Position numbers and translations under genes: made by a program
The notes under the pieces: generated by a model
What the model saw: only the letters and a program-made list of their open reading frames with translations
What the model was told of the DNA's origin: nothing
Database searches by the model: none
NCBI GenBank assembly: GCA_902591925.1
Contig: CACJCN010000005.1
Span: 19,212 to 83,211 of the forward strand
Length of the DNA: 64,000 nucleotides
Direction of reading: 5' to 3'
DNA from: an uncultured SAR86 cluster bacterium
Lineage (GTDB): Bacteria; Pseudomonadota; Gammaproteobacteria; Magnimaribacterales; D2472
Shown: positions 37,803 through 47,732 of the stretch, piece after piece
Layout of the letters: each line of letters starts with the position of its first letter
How positions within the stretch are numbered: position 1 is the first letter of the stretch

Positions 37803-38504
37803 ATGAATCAAGTCCTTACCGCAATTAGTTTAGTTACAAAGCCTATACATGATATTTTTGTAAAGACTTTTAATGCTAACAAATATGCAGCTGGGATTGG
37901 ATTTTCATCTGTAATTACATTAACTCTTTTTTTTGTAATGGTTATTTTAATTGCCCTAGGAGATAGTGGATTAAAACAAGACACTTCTGTAAAACTTCAA
38001 GATATTGTTATGCCAGAAAGAGATATAGATACATTTATGTCAGAAGTTGATAAGCCTGAAAAGCCTGAAGAGCAGCCTGAAGATATTGCGCAACCAGAAT
38101 TAGATCTTCAACCACTAGCCGGATTAGATGTTTCTGTTGCAAAACCAAAAGCAAATTTTAAAGCAGGAGGATCATTCTTTAGAGATGGTGAATATATTCC
38201 ATTATTTAAAGTTATTCCAATATATCCCAGAAGAGCTCAAGAAAGAGGCACAATGGGATATGCTTTAGTAGAATTTACTATTACTGAGACAGGTAGCGTT
38301 GAAGACGCAAATACTATTGAAGGATATTGTTCAAATACTAATCCAAGTGATCCTGCTACTGAGTTTAGACCTTGTACAATGTTTAATAGCGCATCTTCTA
38401 GGGCTGCTTTAAAATTAAAATACAAACCAAAAATTGTTGATGGAAAAGCAGTTCCTGTTAGTGGAGTTCTTCATAGATTTACATACATACTAGATGAAGA
38501 ATAA
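37803..38504 (+). CDS. tonB: TonB energy transducer
   Basis: N-terminal TM, Pro/Glu-rich spacer (KPEKPEEQPEDIAQPE), and a C-terminal TonB domain (YPRRAQERGTMGYALVEF.I...G.V). Confidence 0.85.
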   Translation: MNQVLTAISLVTKPIHDIFVKTFNANKYAAGIGFSSVITLTLFFVMVILIALGDSGLKQDTSVKLQDIVMPERDIDTFMSEVDKPEKPEEQPEDIAQPELDLQPLAGLDVSVAKPKANFKAGGSFFRDGEYIPLFKVIPIYPRRAQERGTMGYALVEFTITETGSVEDANTIEGYCSNTNPSDPATEFRPCTMFNSASSRAALKLKYKPKIVDGKAVPVSGVLHRFTYILDEE

Positions 38505-38514
38505 AATATAGATT

Positions 38515-39927
38515 ATGACAAAAGGTATATCAACATATTTATTTTCAGTTTTAGCAATTTGTTTTGTATTTTCTTCATTAGAGGTTGAAGCACAATCTCA
38601 AACAGAGACAAAGAAGCAAATTAAATACAAAAAGGCAAGAGCGCTGCAAACCTCAACTGCAAAAAAAATGGCTAAAGTCTATGAGGCAATTGAAGAAGTA
38701 GACGAAAATGGAGAACCTGCTCCAGATATGGAAACAGTTTTAAGTGTATTAACAGACCTTCGCAATAATAAAGATAGCCTAAAGAGCTATGATAGATCTG
38801 TAATGTGGAATGCTTGGGCATATGTATATATGCAAGATGATAATTATCCTCAAGCAATGGTTGCATATACAAATGTAATGAATGAACCTGAAGTAACCAT
38901 AGGTTTAAGAAATGGTGCATTATTTTCATTAGCTCAGTTAAATTTGGCGCAAGAAAATTATCAAAAAGGGATAAATTTAATACTTCAATGGATGAATGAG
39001 GTTGAAACAATCACAGCGCAGGCTTACTCGGTTCTGGGACAAGCATATTTTGCGGTTGGTAATTTTAGGAAATCTTTGTCATCACTTGAAACAGCTATAT
39101 CAATGGCTGAAGAGGAGGGCTATAAACCTCGAGAGAATTGGTATGCTCTTCTTGCAGGTTGCTATAGTGAGCTAAAAGATGAAATAGGTGAAAAAGAAGC
39201 TTTATTAAAGCAAGTACCAATTTATGAAATTCTTGTAAATCTCTACCCAAAAAAATTATATTTTATACAGCTAGGTGGAGCATATGGTCAGTTAGGTAGG
39301 GAAAGGGACTATATGATTACTCTCAAAACTGCTTATCAAAAAGATTTTCTTGATAAAGAGGGTGAGTATTTAGCTCTTGCCCAACTTCTATTATTGAATA
39401 AGAATCCTTACTGGGCAGCTGAAGTTCTTGTTTCTGGTCAAAACAAAATGATTACTATTGTTGATGAAAAAACAGAGGAAGAAAAAATCGTTCCTGTTGT
39501 TAAAAGCAATGAAAAGAATTTAAAAGTACTTGCAGACTCATGGAGAATGGCACAAGAAATCGATAGGGCAATTCCTGTTCTTGAAAGGGCTGCAGAAATG
39601 TCAAAAGATGGCAAGTCATATGTTCTTTTAGGCAACCTTTATTTGTCTGAAGATAAAGTTGAAAAAGCAGTTGATGCTATAAAAAAAGGCTTGAAGAAAG
39701 GGAAGGTAGGTAATCTTTCGCAGGTACATTTAACTCTTGGTCAGGCATATTTTGAACTTCAAGAGTTTGAAGAAGCAAAGAAAAATTTTAGAATTGCAGC
39801 AAGAGACAAAGAGAAAAAAGTTAAAACACAAGCAAATAACTGGATAAAATATACCGAAAATGAAGAAATTAGAGTTAAAAATCTAGCATTAAGAAGAGAC
39901 TATATTCAGATGAATTCTTCATCTTAA
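38515..39927 (+). CDS. Secreted TPR-repeat protein (TtpD-like terminal gene of TonB2 clusters)
   Basis: 470 aa with a signal peptide and multiple TPR-like repeats. Position after tonB. Confidence 0.65.
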   Translation: MTKGISTYLFSVLAICFVFSSLEVEAQSQTETKKQIKYKKARALQTSTAKKMAKVYEAIEEVDENGEPAPDMETVLSVLTDLRNNKDSLKSYDRSVMWNAWAYVYMQDDNYPQAMVAYTNVMNEPEVTIGLRNGALFSLAQLNLAQENYQKGINLILQWMNEVETITAQAYSVLGQAYFAVGNFRKSLSSLETAISMAEEEGYKPRENWYALLAGCYSELKDEIGEKEALLKQVPIYEILVNLYPKKLYFIQLGGAYGQLGRERDYMITLKTAYQKDFLDKEGEYLALAQLLLLNKNPYWAAEVLVSGQNKMITIVDEKTEEEKIVPVVKSNEKNLKVLADSWRMAQEIDRAIPVLERAAEMSKDGKSYVLLGNLYLSEDKVEKAVDAIKKGLKKGKVGNLSQVHLTLGQAYFELQEFEEAKKNFRIAARDKEKKVKTQANNWIKYTENEEIRVKNLALRRDYIQMNSSS

Positions 39928-40433
39928 ACTCTTTCTAAAATCCTAACTTTAAAGTCGTAGTCATTATCAATATCTTTTGAAAATTTTTCTGTGCTTATTT
40001 CCTGCCACTGATTAAAATCAATATCTGGATAAAACACATCTCCTTCGATTTCACAATCTACATTGGTCAGGACTAATTTATTAGTTATCTCTATGGTATC
40101 TCTAAAAAGATAACCACCTCCAATTATCACAATTTCATTATATTCATCGTGATCATTACATTTTTTATTTGCAGCATCTAAAGCTTCATCTAAGCTTTTA
40201 AAAACCTCTGCCCCATCAATTCTATCTATTGTTGTTGAAATTACATAATTGATTCTGTTTGGAAGTGGCCTACCTATAGATTCGTATGTCTTTCTTCCCA
40301 TGAGTAGAATTTTGTTAGTAGTATAGTTTTTAAAATGTTGGAGATCTCTTTTTAGGTTCCATGGGAGCATATTATCTACACCGATTACATTATTATTTGA
40401 TAGAGCAACTACATGTGAAATTATTTTTTTCAT
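39924..40433 (-). CDS. folA: Dihydrofolate reductase
   Basis: 169 aa. NNVIGVDN.LPW....DL.HFK..T....LLMGRKTYESIG.PLP.R motifs. Confidence 0.9.
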   Translation of the reverse strand: MKKIISHVVALSNNNVIGVDNMLPWNLKRDLQHFKNYTTNKILLMGRKTYESIGRPLPNRINYVISTTIDRIDGAEVFKSLDEALDAANKKCNDHDEYNEIVIIGGGYLFRDTIEITNKLVLTNVDCEIEGDVFYPDIDFNQWQEISTEKFSKDIDNDYDFKVRILERV

Positions 40434-41293
40434 ACTGCCATTTCTGCTTTTATAGGAGGGTGAGGGTCATAATTTTCTAGAATAAAATCATTTACGCTGT
40501 ATTTTTTTATATCTTCGAGAGAATTAATTTTAGGAATTTTAAGGCTAGGAAGTGGCTTTGGCTCTCTGGATATTTGTTCCTTTACCTGATCAATTGAATT
40601 TTTATATATATGAGCATCGCCAAAAGAATGAATAAATCTCTTTGGTTGTAAATCTAGGATCTGAGCAAAAATAGACAAGAGCAAAGCATAACTTGCTATA
40701 TTAAAAGGAACTCCAAGAAACATATCTGCACTTCTTTGGTACATATGACAGCTTATAGAATTATTATGAATATAAAACTGTGACATTACATGACAGGGAG
40801 GCAGAGCCATTTTTTCTATTTCACCAACATTCCAAGCAGAAAGAATATGTCTTCTACCATCAGGATTTTCTTTCAATCCTTTTAGTAAATCTTTGATTTG
40901 ATCAATTCCACACCAATCTCTCCATTGGACGCCATAAACTGGACCAAGAATCTTTTTGATATCTGAATTTTCGTATCCTAATTCTTTGCCTTGATTATCT
41001 GCATTATCAGTCCATATTGTTGAATACTTTTCCAAATTAGTTAATTCAGATCTATCTTTGCTAAATCGGATCTCAGCAAGTCTTCTCTCATCATCTGAGC
41101 CCTCTAGGAACCATAACAGCTCAGATACAACGCCTTTCCATGCAAGAGATTTAGTAGTTACAGCTGGAAATCCTTTTTCTAAGTCAAATTCAAACTGATG
41201 CCCAAAAGATGATATTGTTCCAGTATTAGTTCTATCACTTTTTTCTTCTCCGTTTTCCAATATATATCGAAGAAGATCTAAGTATGCTTTCAT
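40430..41293 (-). CDS. thyA: Thymidylate synthase (ThyA)
   Basis: MKAYLDLLRYILENG..K.DRTNTGT N-terminus, so the internal ATG 41293 is chosen. It forms ATGA with the lgt stop. LPPCH active-site Cys and DAHIY are present. Confidence 0.9.
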   Translation of the reverse strand: MKAYLDLLRYILENGEEKSDRTNTGTISSFGHQFEFDLEKGFPAVTTKSLAWKGVVSELLWFLEGSDDERRLAEIRFSKDRSELTNLEKYSTIWTDNADNQGKELGYENSDIKKILGPVYGVQWRDWCGIDQIKDLLKGLKENPDGRRHILSAWNVGEIEKMALPPCHVMSQFYIHNNSISCHMYQRSADMFLGVPFNIASYALLLSIFAQILDLQPKRFIHSFGDAHIYKNSIDQVKEQISREPKPLPSLKIPKINSLEDIKKYSVNDFILENYDPHPPIKAEMAV

Positions 41294-42087
41294 ATTTTTC
41301 TCCTGGAATATAACAACATAAAAAATCCAATAATCATCATTGGTATACATAAGACTTGCCCCATGCTTAATGAGTCAAAGGCAATGTAACCAATATGAGC
41401 ATCTGGCTGCCTAAAGAACTCAATTATAAATCTTATTAATCCGTAAAAGATAAGAAATGATGAAGAAACTATACCTTTTACATTTGTTTGTTTGCTGATC
41501 ACAAATAAAATTAGGAATAATAATAAACCTTCGCCAAAACTCTCATAAATTTGTGAAGGATGTCTTAAAACTCCAAAAGGGTCAGTTGGAAAAATAAAAC
41601 CCCAATCGCCATTTGTTGCCTTACCGTATAATTCACCATTTAGAAAATTACCAATTCTTACCAAGCCAAGACCAATAGGCATTGCCAAAGCAACACCATC
41701 AAGTAATTTTAATAACTCTATATTTTTCCTATAACAAAAGATAACTAGACTAATAATTACTCCAATTAAACCACCATGAAAGCTCAGTCCACCCTGCCAA
41801 ACATAAAATAAAGATAAGGGATTATTCATTAACTGTTCTGACCCATATATGAACATGTAACCGACTCTTCCACCGCAAATCGCTCCAAAGAATAATCCAT
41901 ACAGAAAAACCATATCATTTACTTCATCTTTATTAAGACCTATCTCTTTTATAGTTCTGTTATTTTTTAGAAAAACGTAAATTAATAATGCAGATAACAA
42001 CCATGTCACTGCATAGTACTGAATTTTTAATGGTCCAAGCTCAATAAGAGTAGGGTTATTAAAGAAATTTGATAGCTCTATCGTCAT
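41290..42087 (-). CDS. lgt: Prolipoprotein diacylglyceryl transferase
   Basis: YG..F..G...G.R.GY, HGGL.G, R.GNF.N.EL.G and HP.Q.YE motifs. ATG 42087 forms ATGA with the upstream stop. Confidence 0.9.
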   Translation of the reverse strand: MTIELSNFFNNPTLIELGPLKIQYYAVTWLLSALLIYVFLKNNRTIKEIGLNKDEVNDMVFLYGLFFGAICGGRVGYMFIYGSEQLMNNPLSLFYVWQGGLSFHGGLIGVIISLVIFCYRKNIELLKLLDGVALAMPIGLGLVRIGNFLNGELYGKATNGDWGFIFPTDPFGVLRHPSQIYESFGEGLLLFLILFVISKQTNVKGIVSSSFLIFYGLIRFIIEFFRQPDAHIGYIAFDSLSMGQVLCIPMMIIGFFMLLYSRRKI

Positions 42088-42872
42088 ACTGCAAACATAT
42101 ATATTGATATTATAAAAAACCAACCTGCCATAAGTCTCCTCAGTGTTGCTTGAGATAAATAATGAGAGATATCCGCTCCATATTTTGCAGAAAAAATACT
42201 TGTAAGAGAAACTCCTAAAAGAGCCGGTAAATAGACATATCCAAAACTTAAATTAGGCAACATATTTTGATTAATGCCTGCAACAACATATCCCAATGTC
42301 CCAAAAATAGCTATAGGGACCCCACATGCTGCTGATGTGCCTATTGCAGAGGTTAGATCGAGCCCAGTACCTTTGAAATATGGAACTGAAAAAGTTCCTC
42401 CTCCAATGCCTAAAATTGAGGATAAAAAGCCGATACCAGAACCAACAAAAATTGATTTTGGTTTTAGACGAAACATATTCTGCAAAAGATCTTTATTCAA
42501 AAGAATATCTATGCCAACAATTAATACAAATGTTGCGATTGTAATTTTTAATATCAATCCATCAATTTGGACTGCAAACAGTGCTCCTAAGAATGCGCCA
42601 AACACTATTCCAGATGCAACAGGCTTGAAGTTATCAAAATCAATTGAATTCTTTTTTCTATGAGCATTTGCTGAAGAAAGCCCTGTAAATATGATACACG
42701 ATATTGATGTACCAATTGCAAGCTGAACAATAATCTCATTTTCAAACCCAAGATTAATAAATGTACCTATAAGAACTGGCACCATGATAAGTCCCCCACC
42801 GATACCAAACATACCAGCTAATAATCCAGAAAGGATACCTAGCGCCCCAAATATTAAAATTTCATCAAACAT
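42084..42872 (-). CDS. Sulfite exporter TauE/SafE family membrane protein (DUF81)
   Basis: 262 aa, two-fold repeat, G.GGG...VP motifs. Confidence 0.8.
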   Translation of the reverse strand: MFDEILIFGALGILSGLLAGMFGIGGGLIMVPVLIGTFINLGFENEIIVQLAIGTSISCIIFTGLSSANAHRKKNSIDFDNFKPVASGIVFGAFLGALFAVQIDGLILKITIATFVLIVGIDILLNKDLLQNMFRLKPKSIFVGSGIGFLSSILGIGGGTFSVPYFKGTGLDLTSAIGTSAACGVPIAIFGTLGYVVAGINQNMLPNLSFGYVYLPALLGVSLTSIFSAKYGADISHYLSQATLRRLMAGWFFIISIYMFAV

Positions 42873-43350
42873 TATTAAACTCTTTACAGAAAGAATATTT
42901 TAATTTATTTAGTGCCTCTCTATAGACTTTTTCTTTGAATGAAATAATTACATTGAGAGGGTACCAGTAGGATACCCATTTAAAAGAATCAAACTCATTG
43001 TCAGGATCATTATCAAAAGATATTTTTACATCTTCTTTTAATTTAAATAAAAACCATTTTTGTTTTTGGCCCTTAAAATTTGTTTTAAAAATTTTTTTTC
43101 TTCTGCTTTTTTTGGGGATATCATATTTTAACCAATCGTCAATTGTATCGATAAGTTTTACTGATTTTGAGCTTATGCCAACTTCTTCAAAAAGTTCTCT
43201 TTTAGCAGCTTTCAAGGAATTTTCTCCAAAATCAATTCCTCCCTGAGGAAATTGCCAACTATTCATACCTTTTTTTTTACATAACAATAAATTTCCATGT
43301 TTATTGGCAACAATTACGCCAACATTCAATCTGTATTCATTTTCTTGCAT
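42865..43350 (-). CDS. rppH: RNA pyrophosphohydrolase (Nudix)
   Basis: WQFPQGGIDFGE....AA.RELFEEVGI Nudix box. Conserved position relative to lgt-thyA as in enterics. Confidence 0.85.
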   Translation of the reverse strand: MQENEYRLNVGVIVANKHGNLLLCKKKGMNSWQFPQGGIDFGENSLKAAKRELFEEVGISSKSVKLIDTIDDWLKYDIPKKSRRKKIFKTNFKGQKQKWFLFKLKEDVKISFDNDPDNEFDSFKWVSYWYPLNVIISFKEKVYREALNKLKYSFCKEFNNV

Positions 43351-43354
43351 GGAT

Positions 43355-44905
43355 TTAATTAGTATTTAGGTCAATATTTTTATTGATTAAATATACAAAT
43401 GCTAAACTTAGAAATATCAATAGGAGACTTGGACTTGCTGCCATCTCCCACTCTCCCTCACTTGTAAAGTTATAAATTTTAGTTGAAAGGGTATCAAATC
43501 CAACTGGCCTTAAAAGAAGAGTTGCAGCTTGTTCTTTTACTGACTCAATAAAAACAATCATGAATCCGAGAAATAAGGCTGATTTCATTTGTGGATAATA
43601 AAATGAACTAAATGCTTTTAGAGGATTGCTCGGAACAAGAGATAATGCATTTTCTGATGATTTGGATATATTTGCCAAGGAGGAACTAGAATAATTATAT
43701 GCTGGTGTCATAAATCTAAAACTTAAACAAAGAATTAAACCAAATATTCCATAAATTGTAATTGAAGTTCCAAAGACAGCATCAAAGCCAATTAAAAGTC
43801 CTGCAGATATTACAGACCCCGGTATGGCATAACCTGACGTAGAAATTGATATTAATAATTTTAATTTACTCGACTGTCTAAAGGATAGTGAAAGAGCAGC
43901 AGCGAAAAAGATTGTAAAAATCCCAACAGCGAAACCAAGAATCAAAGAATTTATTAATAAGTTAATATTATTAAGAAGATTGATACTTGATTCAGATAAT
44001 TGCCAATAGATAAGTTGAAATAATGGCAGGCAAAATACAATTAAAAGTACTAATGAGCATATTAATGAAAACATTATTTGTTTAGATTTATTTAGCTCAA
44101 CTTTGTTTATTAATTCTGCAGTTTTTGGGGCAACCTCGCTTGGACTATCTGCGTAGTATTTAGAAAGTAACATAATAAAAATAACAAATATTAAAAGATA
44201 TCCAGCTAGTCTAGCTCCAGAAAAATAACTTTGATATCCAAACCAGGCATCATATATGCCAACTGTAAATGTATCTATCCTTAGAGTTGATACTCCGCCA
44301 AAATCTGCGATTATTTCAAAGATTACTAAGGCTATTCCTCCAATAATCGCAGGCTTTAATGATGGAAGTATTACTTTTCTTACAGCACCAAAATTTGAGT
44401 CACCTAAAGATTTTGCTGCTCTGAATATCTTAATACCAACTGATGAAAGTTGAGCTTTGGTTATGAGAAAAATATAGGGAAATAATGCCATTGACATTAC
44501 TACAGAGGCACCAAATATGTTTTTTATTGATGGAAGAGCTATACCGAAATTTCTTAAAAATTCAGATATGGGACTTGAGTATTCAAACATTCCAACAAAA
44601 ATAAATGCATAAACATATGCAGGAAATGCTATTGAAAGACTCAATGCCCAACTAAAAAAATTACAACCTGGAAATTTATAAAAAGTAACTAATATTGCTA
44701 AAGGAACAGCTAAAAGCACGGATATAAAAGCAGATCCAAAAGACAATAAAATTGTATTTTTGAATAGGCTCAGCAAATATCTATTTGATAAGAATTCAAC
44801 ATCAATGGCCTTAGTAAAAGCAAGAACAAAAAAGGTAATAAAGAAAATAAACGTGAACATAATCCATGGTAATGAAATATATTTCCAAGATCTTAAATTT
44901 TGCAT
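43355..44905 (-). CDS. ABC transporter permease, duplicated (12-TM) FbpB/ThiP-type
   Basis: 516 aa. Two tandem binding-protein-dependent permease modules with EAA-like loops (AAKSLGDS.. and a second copy). No ATPase or SBP gene adjacent. Confidence 0.7.
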   Translation of the reverse strand: MQNLRSWKYISLPWIMFTFIFFITFFVLAFTKAIDVEFLSNRYLLSLFKNTILLSFGSAFISVLLAVPLAILVTFYKFPGCNFFSWALSLSIAFPAYVYAFIFVGMFEYSSPISEFLRNFGIALPSIKNIFGASVVMSMALFPYIFLITKAQLSSVGIKIFRAAKSLGDSNFGAVRKVILPSLKPAIIGGIALVIFEIIADFGGVSTLRIDTFTVGIYDAWFGYQSYFSGARLAGYLLIFVIFIMLLSKYYADSPSEVAPKTAELINKVELNKSKQIMFSLICSLVLLIVFCLPLFQLIYWQLSESSINLLNNINLLINSLILGFAVGIFTIFFAAALSLSFRQSSKLKLLISISTSGYAIPGSVISAGLLIGFDAVFGTSITIYGIFGLILCLSFRFMTPAYNYSSSSLANISKSSENALSLVPSNPLKAFSSFYYPQMKSALFLGFMIVFIESVKEQAATLLLRPVGFDTLSTKIYNFTSEGEWEMAASPSLLLIFLSLAFVYLINKNIDLNTN

Positions 44906-45792
44906 TATTGCTCTTCGTCTAAACTTTCTGCGCCTTTTTCTAGTTTATTTCCTAGGACATTTACCCTAGTTTGAAGTTTTTGAACATCCTTTAAAGCACC
45001 ATCTAATCTTTTTATTACGGATTCTGTGCTTAAATCGAGATTAGAAAATTCTTTTTGAACATCGCTCACAACTTTGGCAACTTTCGCAGCAGTTTCATTT
45101 AACTTTAAATAATGATGTCCGACTCTTATAGTATCAAGAAATGCAGCTAATGTATTAGGTCCTAATATAAGAATCTTTTTTTCTGTGAGACACTCTTGTC
45201 TCAAGTTATCAATCATATCTACAAGATCTATTAGCTTTTCTGAGGCTATGTAAAGCACAGCATAATTAGATGTAGTATTTTGCAAAATATATTTGTTAGA
45301 AATATCTTCAGCGTCTCTCAATAAAGCGGTCCTGAGATCCCTTAAAACCTTTTTTCTGTCTACATCATTACTTGCTGATTGATAGTTTTGATATTGACCG
45401 GCATAAAACTTTGAATCAATAGGGATAATAAAGCCCTCTGCACTTGTTATTGCACAATCTACTCTGTCAGATGATTCAGAATTTATTTGAGCTTGAAATT
45501 TATAACTATCGCTTGGCATTATATCTGTAACAATTGACTCAAGACTCCATTCGCCAAGCCTTCCAGTTGTAACATTCCCTCCTAAGAACCTATTTAACTC
45601 ATTAATTGGTGTAGTTACTGACGCCAAGTCAATTTCTATTTTATTTATATCATTTGAAACTTCGTTAAGTTTGTTTTGAAGTAATTGAGTTTCGCCAATA
45701 TCTGAGGTCTCTTTATTTTTTATACTAAAGATTAGATAAATTAATACTCCTAAAATGAGAATTAAAGATATAAATATTAAGTAATTAATCAT
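44905..45792 (-). CDS. rmuC: DNA recombination protein RmuC, short form
   Basis: N-terminal TM, short coiled coil, and a RmuC nuclease-like core (VDCAI....IPIDSKF ... LYIASE ... ILGPNTLAAFL). 295 aa, against my recollection of about 450-500 aa for typical RmuC. Confidence 0.7.
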   Translation of the reverse strand: MINYLIFISLILILGVLIYLIFSIKNKETSDIGETQLLQNKLNEVSNDINKIEIDLASVTTPINELNRFLGGNVTTGRLGEWSLESIVTDIMPSDSYKFQAQINSESSDRVDCAITSAEGFIIPIDSKFYAGQYQNYQSASNDVDRKKVLRDLRTALLRDAEDISNKYILQNTTSNYAVLYIASEKLIDLVDMIDNLRQECLTEKKILILGPNTLAAFLDTIRVGHHYLKLNETAAKVAKVVSDVQKEFSNLDLSTESVIKRLDGALKDVQKLQTRVNVLGNKLEKGAESLDEEQ

Positions 45793-45820
45793 GATGTTAG
45801 TATAAAATTACACATATATT

Positions 45821-47032
45821 ATGCACCAAGAAATTATAGAAAGATTTAATTCCTTAAAAGAAAAGCAAATATCTATTGATATTACTCGAGGAAAGCCAGA
45901 CAAAGATCAACTAGACCTATCTAATGATCTTATTGATATATCTATTCCTACTTCATCAGATGATGGCGCAGATCTAAGAAACTATGGTGAGCCTTTTGGC
46001 ATAATCGAAGCAAGAAGACTTGGTTCTGAACTCTTAAACGCTCCTATTGAGAATATTCTTGCGGGGGAACAATCAAGTCTTTTACTTACATATCAAACAG
46101 TTCTTTCAAATTTTCTTTTTGCAGAACCAATTCCTTGGAAAAATTTAAAAAATCCAAAATTTATATGCCCAGTACCAGGATTTGATAGACATTTTATGAT
46201 GCTTGAGGATTTTGGAATTGAAGCGGTACCGATTCCTTTAACTGATGATGGTATAGATTTAAATGTGTTTGAAGAGGTACTAAAAACTGCAGATGATTAT
46301 GTAGGAATATTATGTGTTCCAAAACATTCAAATCCGTCTGGAGAAATTTATTCAGATGAGAACTTAAAAAAGATGTTTGAAATAGGATCACAATATTCAA
46401 ATAAATTTTTGTTTCTTTTTGATCATGCATATTTGATTCATGACTTTTTACCAACTCCAGAACAAAAACCTCTATGGCAAGTTGTTGAGGAGTCTAATGT
46501 ACAAGATCAAACTGTAGTTACAACCTCTTTTTCAAAAGTTACTTTTGGTGGAGGCGGGATCTCTTTTATGGCTACTTCAGGACACTCATTAGATTTGATT
46601 AAAAAGGTAAGAACAACAATGATTATCTGTCCTGATAAATTAAATCAAAAAAGACATGTTGAGTTTTTTAAGAATGTTGAAAATATCAAGTCTCATATGA
46701 AAAAACATGCTGAATTAGTGAGGCCAAAGTTTGAGTTAGCATATGAGTATTTAAAAAAACTTCCGGAGGAATGTGGTTCATTTTCTAAACCAACCGGGGG
46801 ATACTTTATTACATATTCCACTTCAAAACCTATCGCATCCAAGGTTGTAAAATTATGTAAAGATCTTGGCGTATTAATAACTCCTGCTGGCTCTACTTTT
46901 CCTAAAAATTATGATCCTAATGATAGCGTTATTAGGTTAGCTCCTACATATGTAAGTAAAGAAGAGCTAGCTGATGCTATGAATGTTTTTATAACCTCTG
47001 TAGAAGTTGCTCATTTTGAAATTAGTGTTTAG
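45821..47032 (+). CDS. PLP-dependent aminotransferase (class I fold, AspC-Ic/PF12897-like)
   Basis: 403 aa. ITRGKPDKDQLDLS N-terminal motif and a SFSK PLP-lysine block. Confidence 0.7.
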   Translation: MHQEIIERFNSLKEKQISIDITRGKPDKDQLDLSNDLIDISIPTSSDDGADLRNYGEPFGIIEARRLGSELLNAPIENILAGEQSSLLLTYQTVLSNFLFAEPIPWKNLKNPKFICPVPGFDRHFMMLEDFGIEAVPIPLTDDGIDLNVFEEVLKTADDYVGILCVPKHSNPSGEIYSDENLKKMFEIGSQYSNKFLFLFDHAYLIHDFLPTPEQKPLWQVVEESNVQDQTVVTTSFSKVTFGGGGISFMATSGHSLDLIKKVRTTMIICPDKLNQKRHVEFFKNVENIKSHMKKHAELVRPKFELAYEYLKKLPEECGSFSKPTGGYFITYSTSKPIASKVVKLCKDLGVLITPAGSTFPKNYDPNDSVIRLAPTYVSKEELADAMNVFITSVEVAHFEISV

Positions 47033-47361
47033 TTTGTTGCTAAATTATGCGGTATGTAAGAATTTCCATCAAAGTGTGAAAAAATTTTCTTAATATCAGG
47101 ATGATTTGCAGGACCACTCTCAACATCATTAATTAGATTTTGCTCTGAGACATAAGCGATATAAAATATTTCTTCATTTTCTGCAAAAACATGATAAAAG
47201 GGTTGGTCTTTTTTTGGTCTGAAGTCCTTTGGAATGGAGTTATACCATTCTTCGGTGTTATTAAAAGAAGGATCTAAATCAAAAATAACACCACGAAAAT
47301 TAAGAAATTTATGTTTTACAATATTTCCAATTGAAAACTTTGCTTCTACTAATTCTTGCAT
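47029..47361 (-). CDS. hspQ: Heat shock protein HspQ (hemimethylated-DNA-binding YccV domain)
   Basis: KFSIGNIVKHKF..FRGVIFD.DP and PFYHV motifs. Confidence 0.85.
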   Translation of the reverse strand: MQELVEAKFSIGNIVKHKFLNFRGVIFDLDPSFNNTEEWYNSIPKDFRPKKDQPFYHVFAENEEIFYIAYVSEQNLINDVESGPANHPDIKKIFSHFDGNSYIPHNLATN

Positions 47362-47397
47362 TATATTTATAACTTAAACCATTATTAGGAAAAAGTC

Positions 47398-47724
47398 ATG
47401 GATGAAGATTTTATAGTAGTAACTACATATGATATCGACGGTGCTGAGATTGAAAAACATATTGGTCTTGTTCAAGGAAGTACTGTAAGAGCAAGAAATG
47501 TTGGCTCAGACTTTCTAGCAAATCTTAAAAACATAGTTGGAGGAGAGCTTGTTGGCTATTCTAAACTTTTACAGACTTCAAGAGAGCAGGCATATGCAAG
47601 AATGATAGAAGATGCAAAATCCAAAGGTGCCAATGCAGTCCTTGGGTTTAGATTTCAGACCTCAACTGTAGCTAGTGGAGCAGCAGAGATTTTAGCTTAT
47701 GGGACTGGTGTCAAAATTAAATAG
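47398..47724 (+). CDS. ybjQ: YbjQ family protein (UPF0145)
   Basis: 108 aa. G.V.G..VR.RN..SD and GANAV.G.RF motifs. Confidence 0.85.
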   Translation: MDEDFIVVTTYDIDGAEIEKHIGLVQGSTVRARNVGSDFLANLKNIVGGELVGYSKLLQTSREQAYARMIEDAKSKGANAVLGFRFQTSTVASGAAEILAYGTGVKIK

Positions 47725-47732
47725 GAAGAAAT

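Noticed and set aside
41294-41350. N-terminal extensions of thyA (to 41350), lgt (to 42123), aroK (to 49954), the saccharopine-DH-family gene (from 2672) and the 47954 secreted protein (to 48448)
   Set aside because: Internal starts give canonical N-termini (MKAYLDLL for ThyA, the Rossmann or P-loop motif near residue 5-10, or a signal peptide). They also create the ATGA or short overlaps seen throughout the window.
44905-45792. RmuC as a pseudogene
   Set aside because: It is short, but the frame is intact from a TM-containing N-terminus to a stop that is precisely coupled to the next gene. A minimised functional protein is more consistent.
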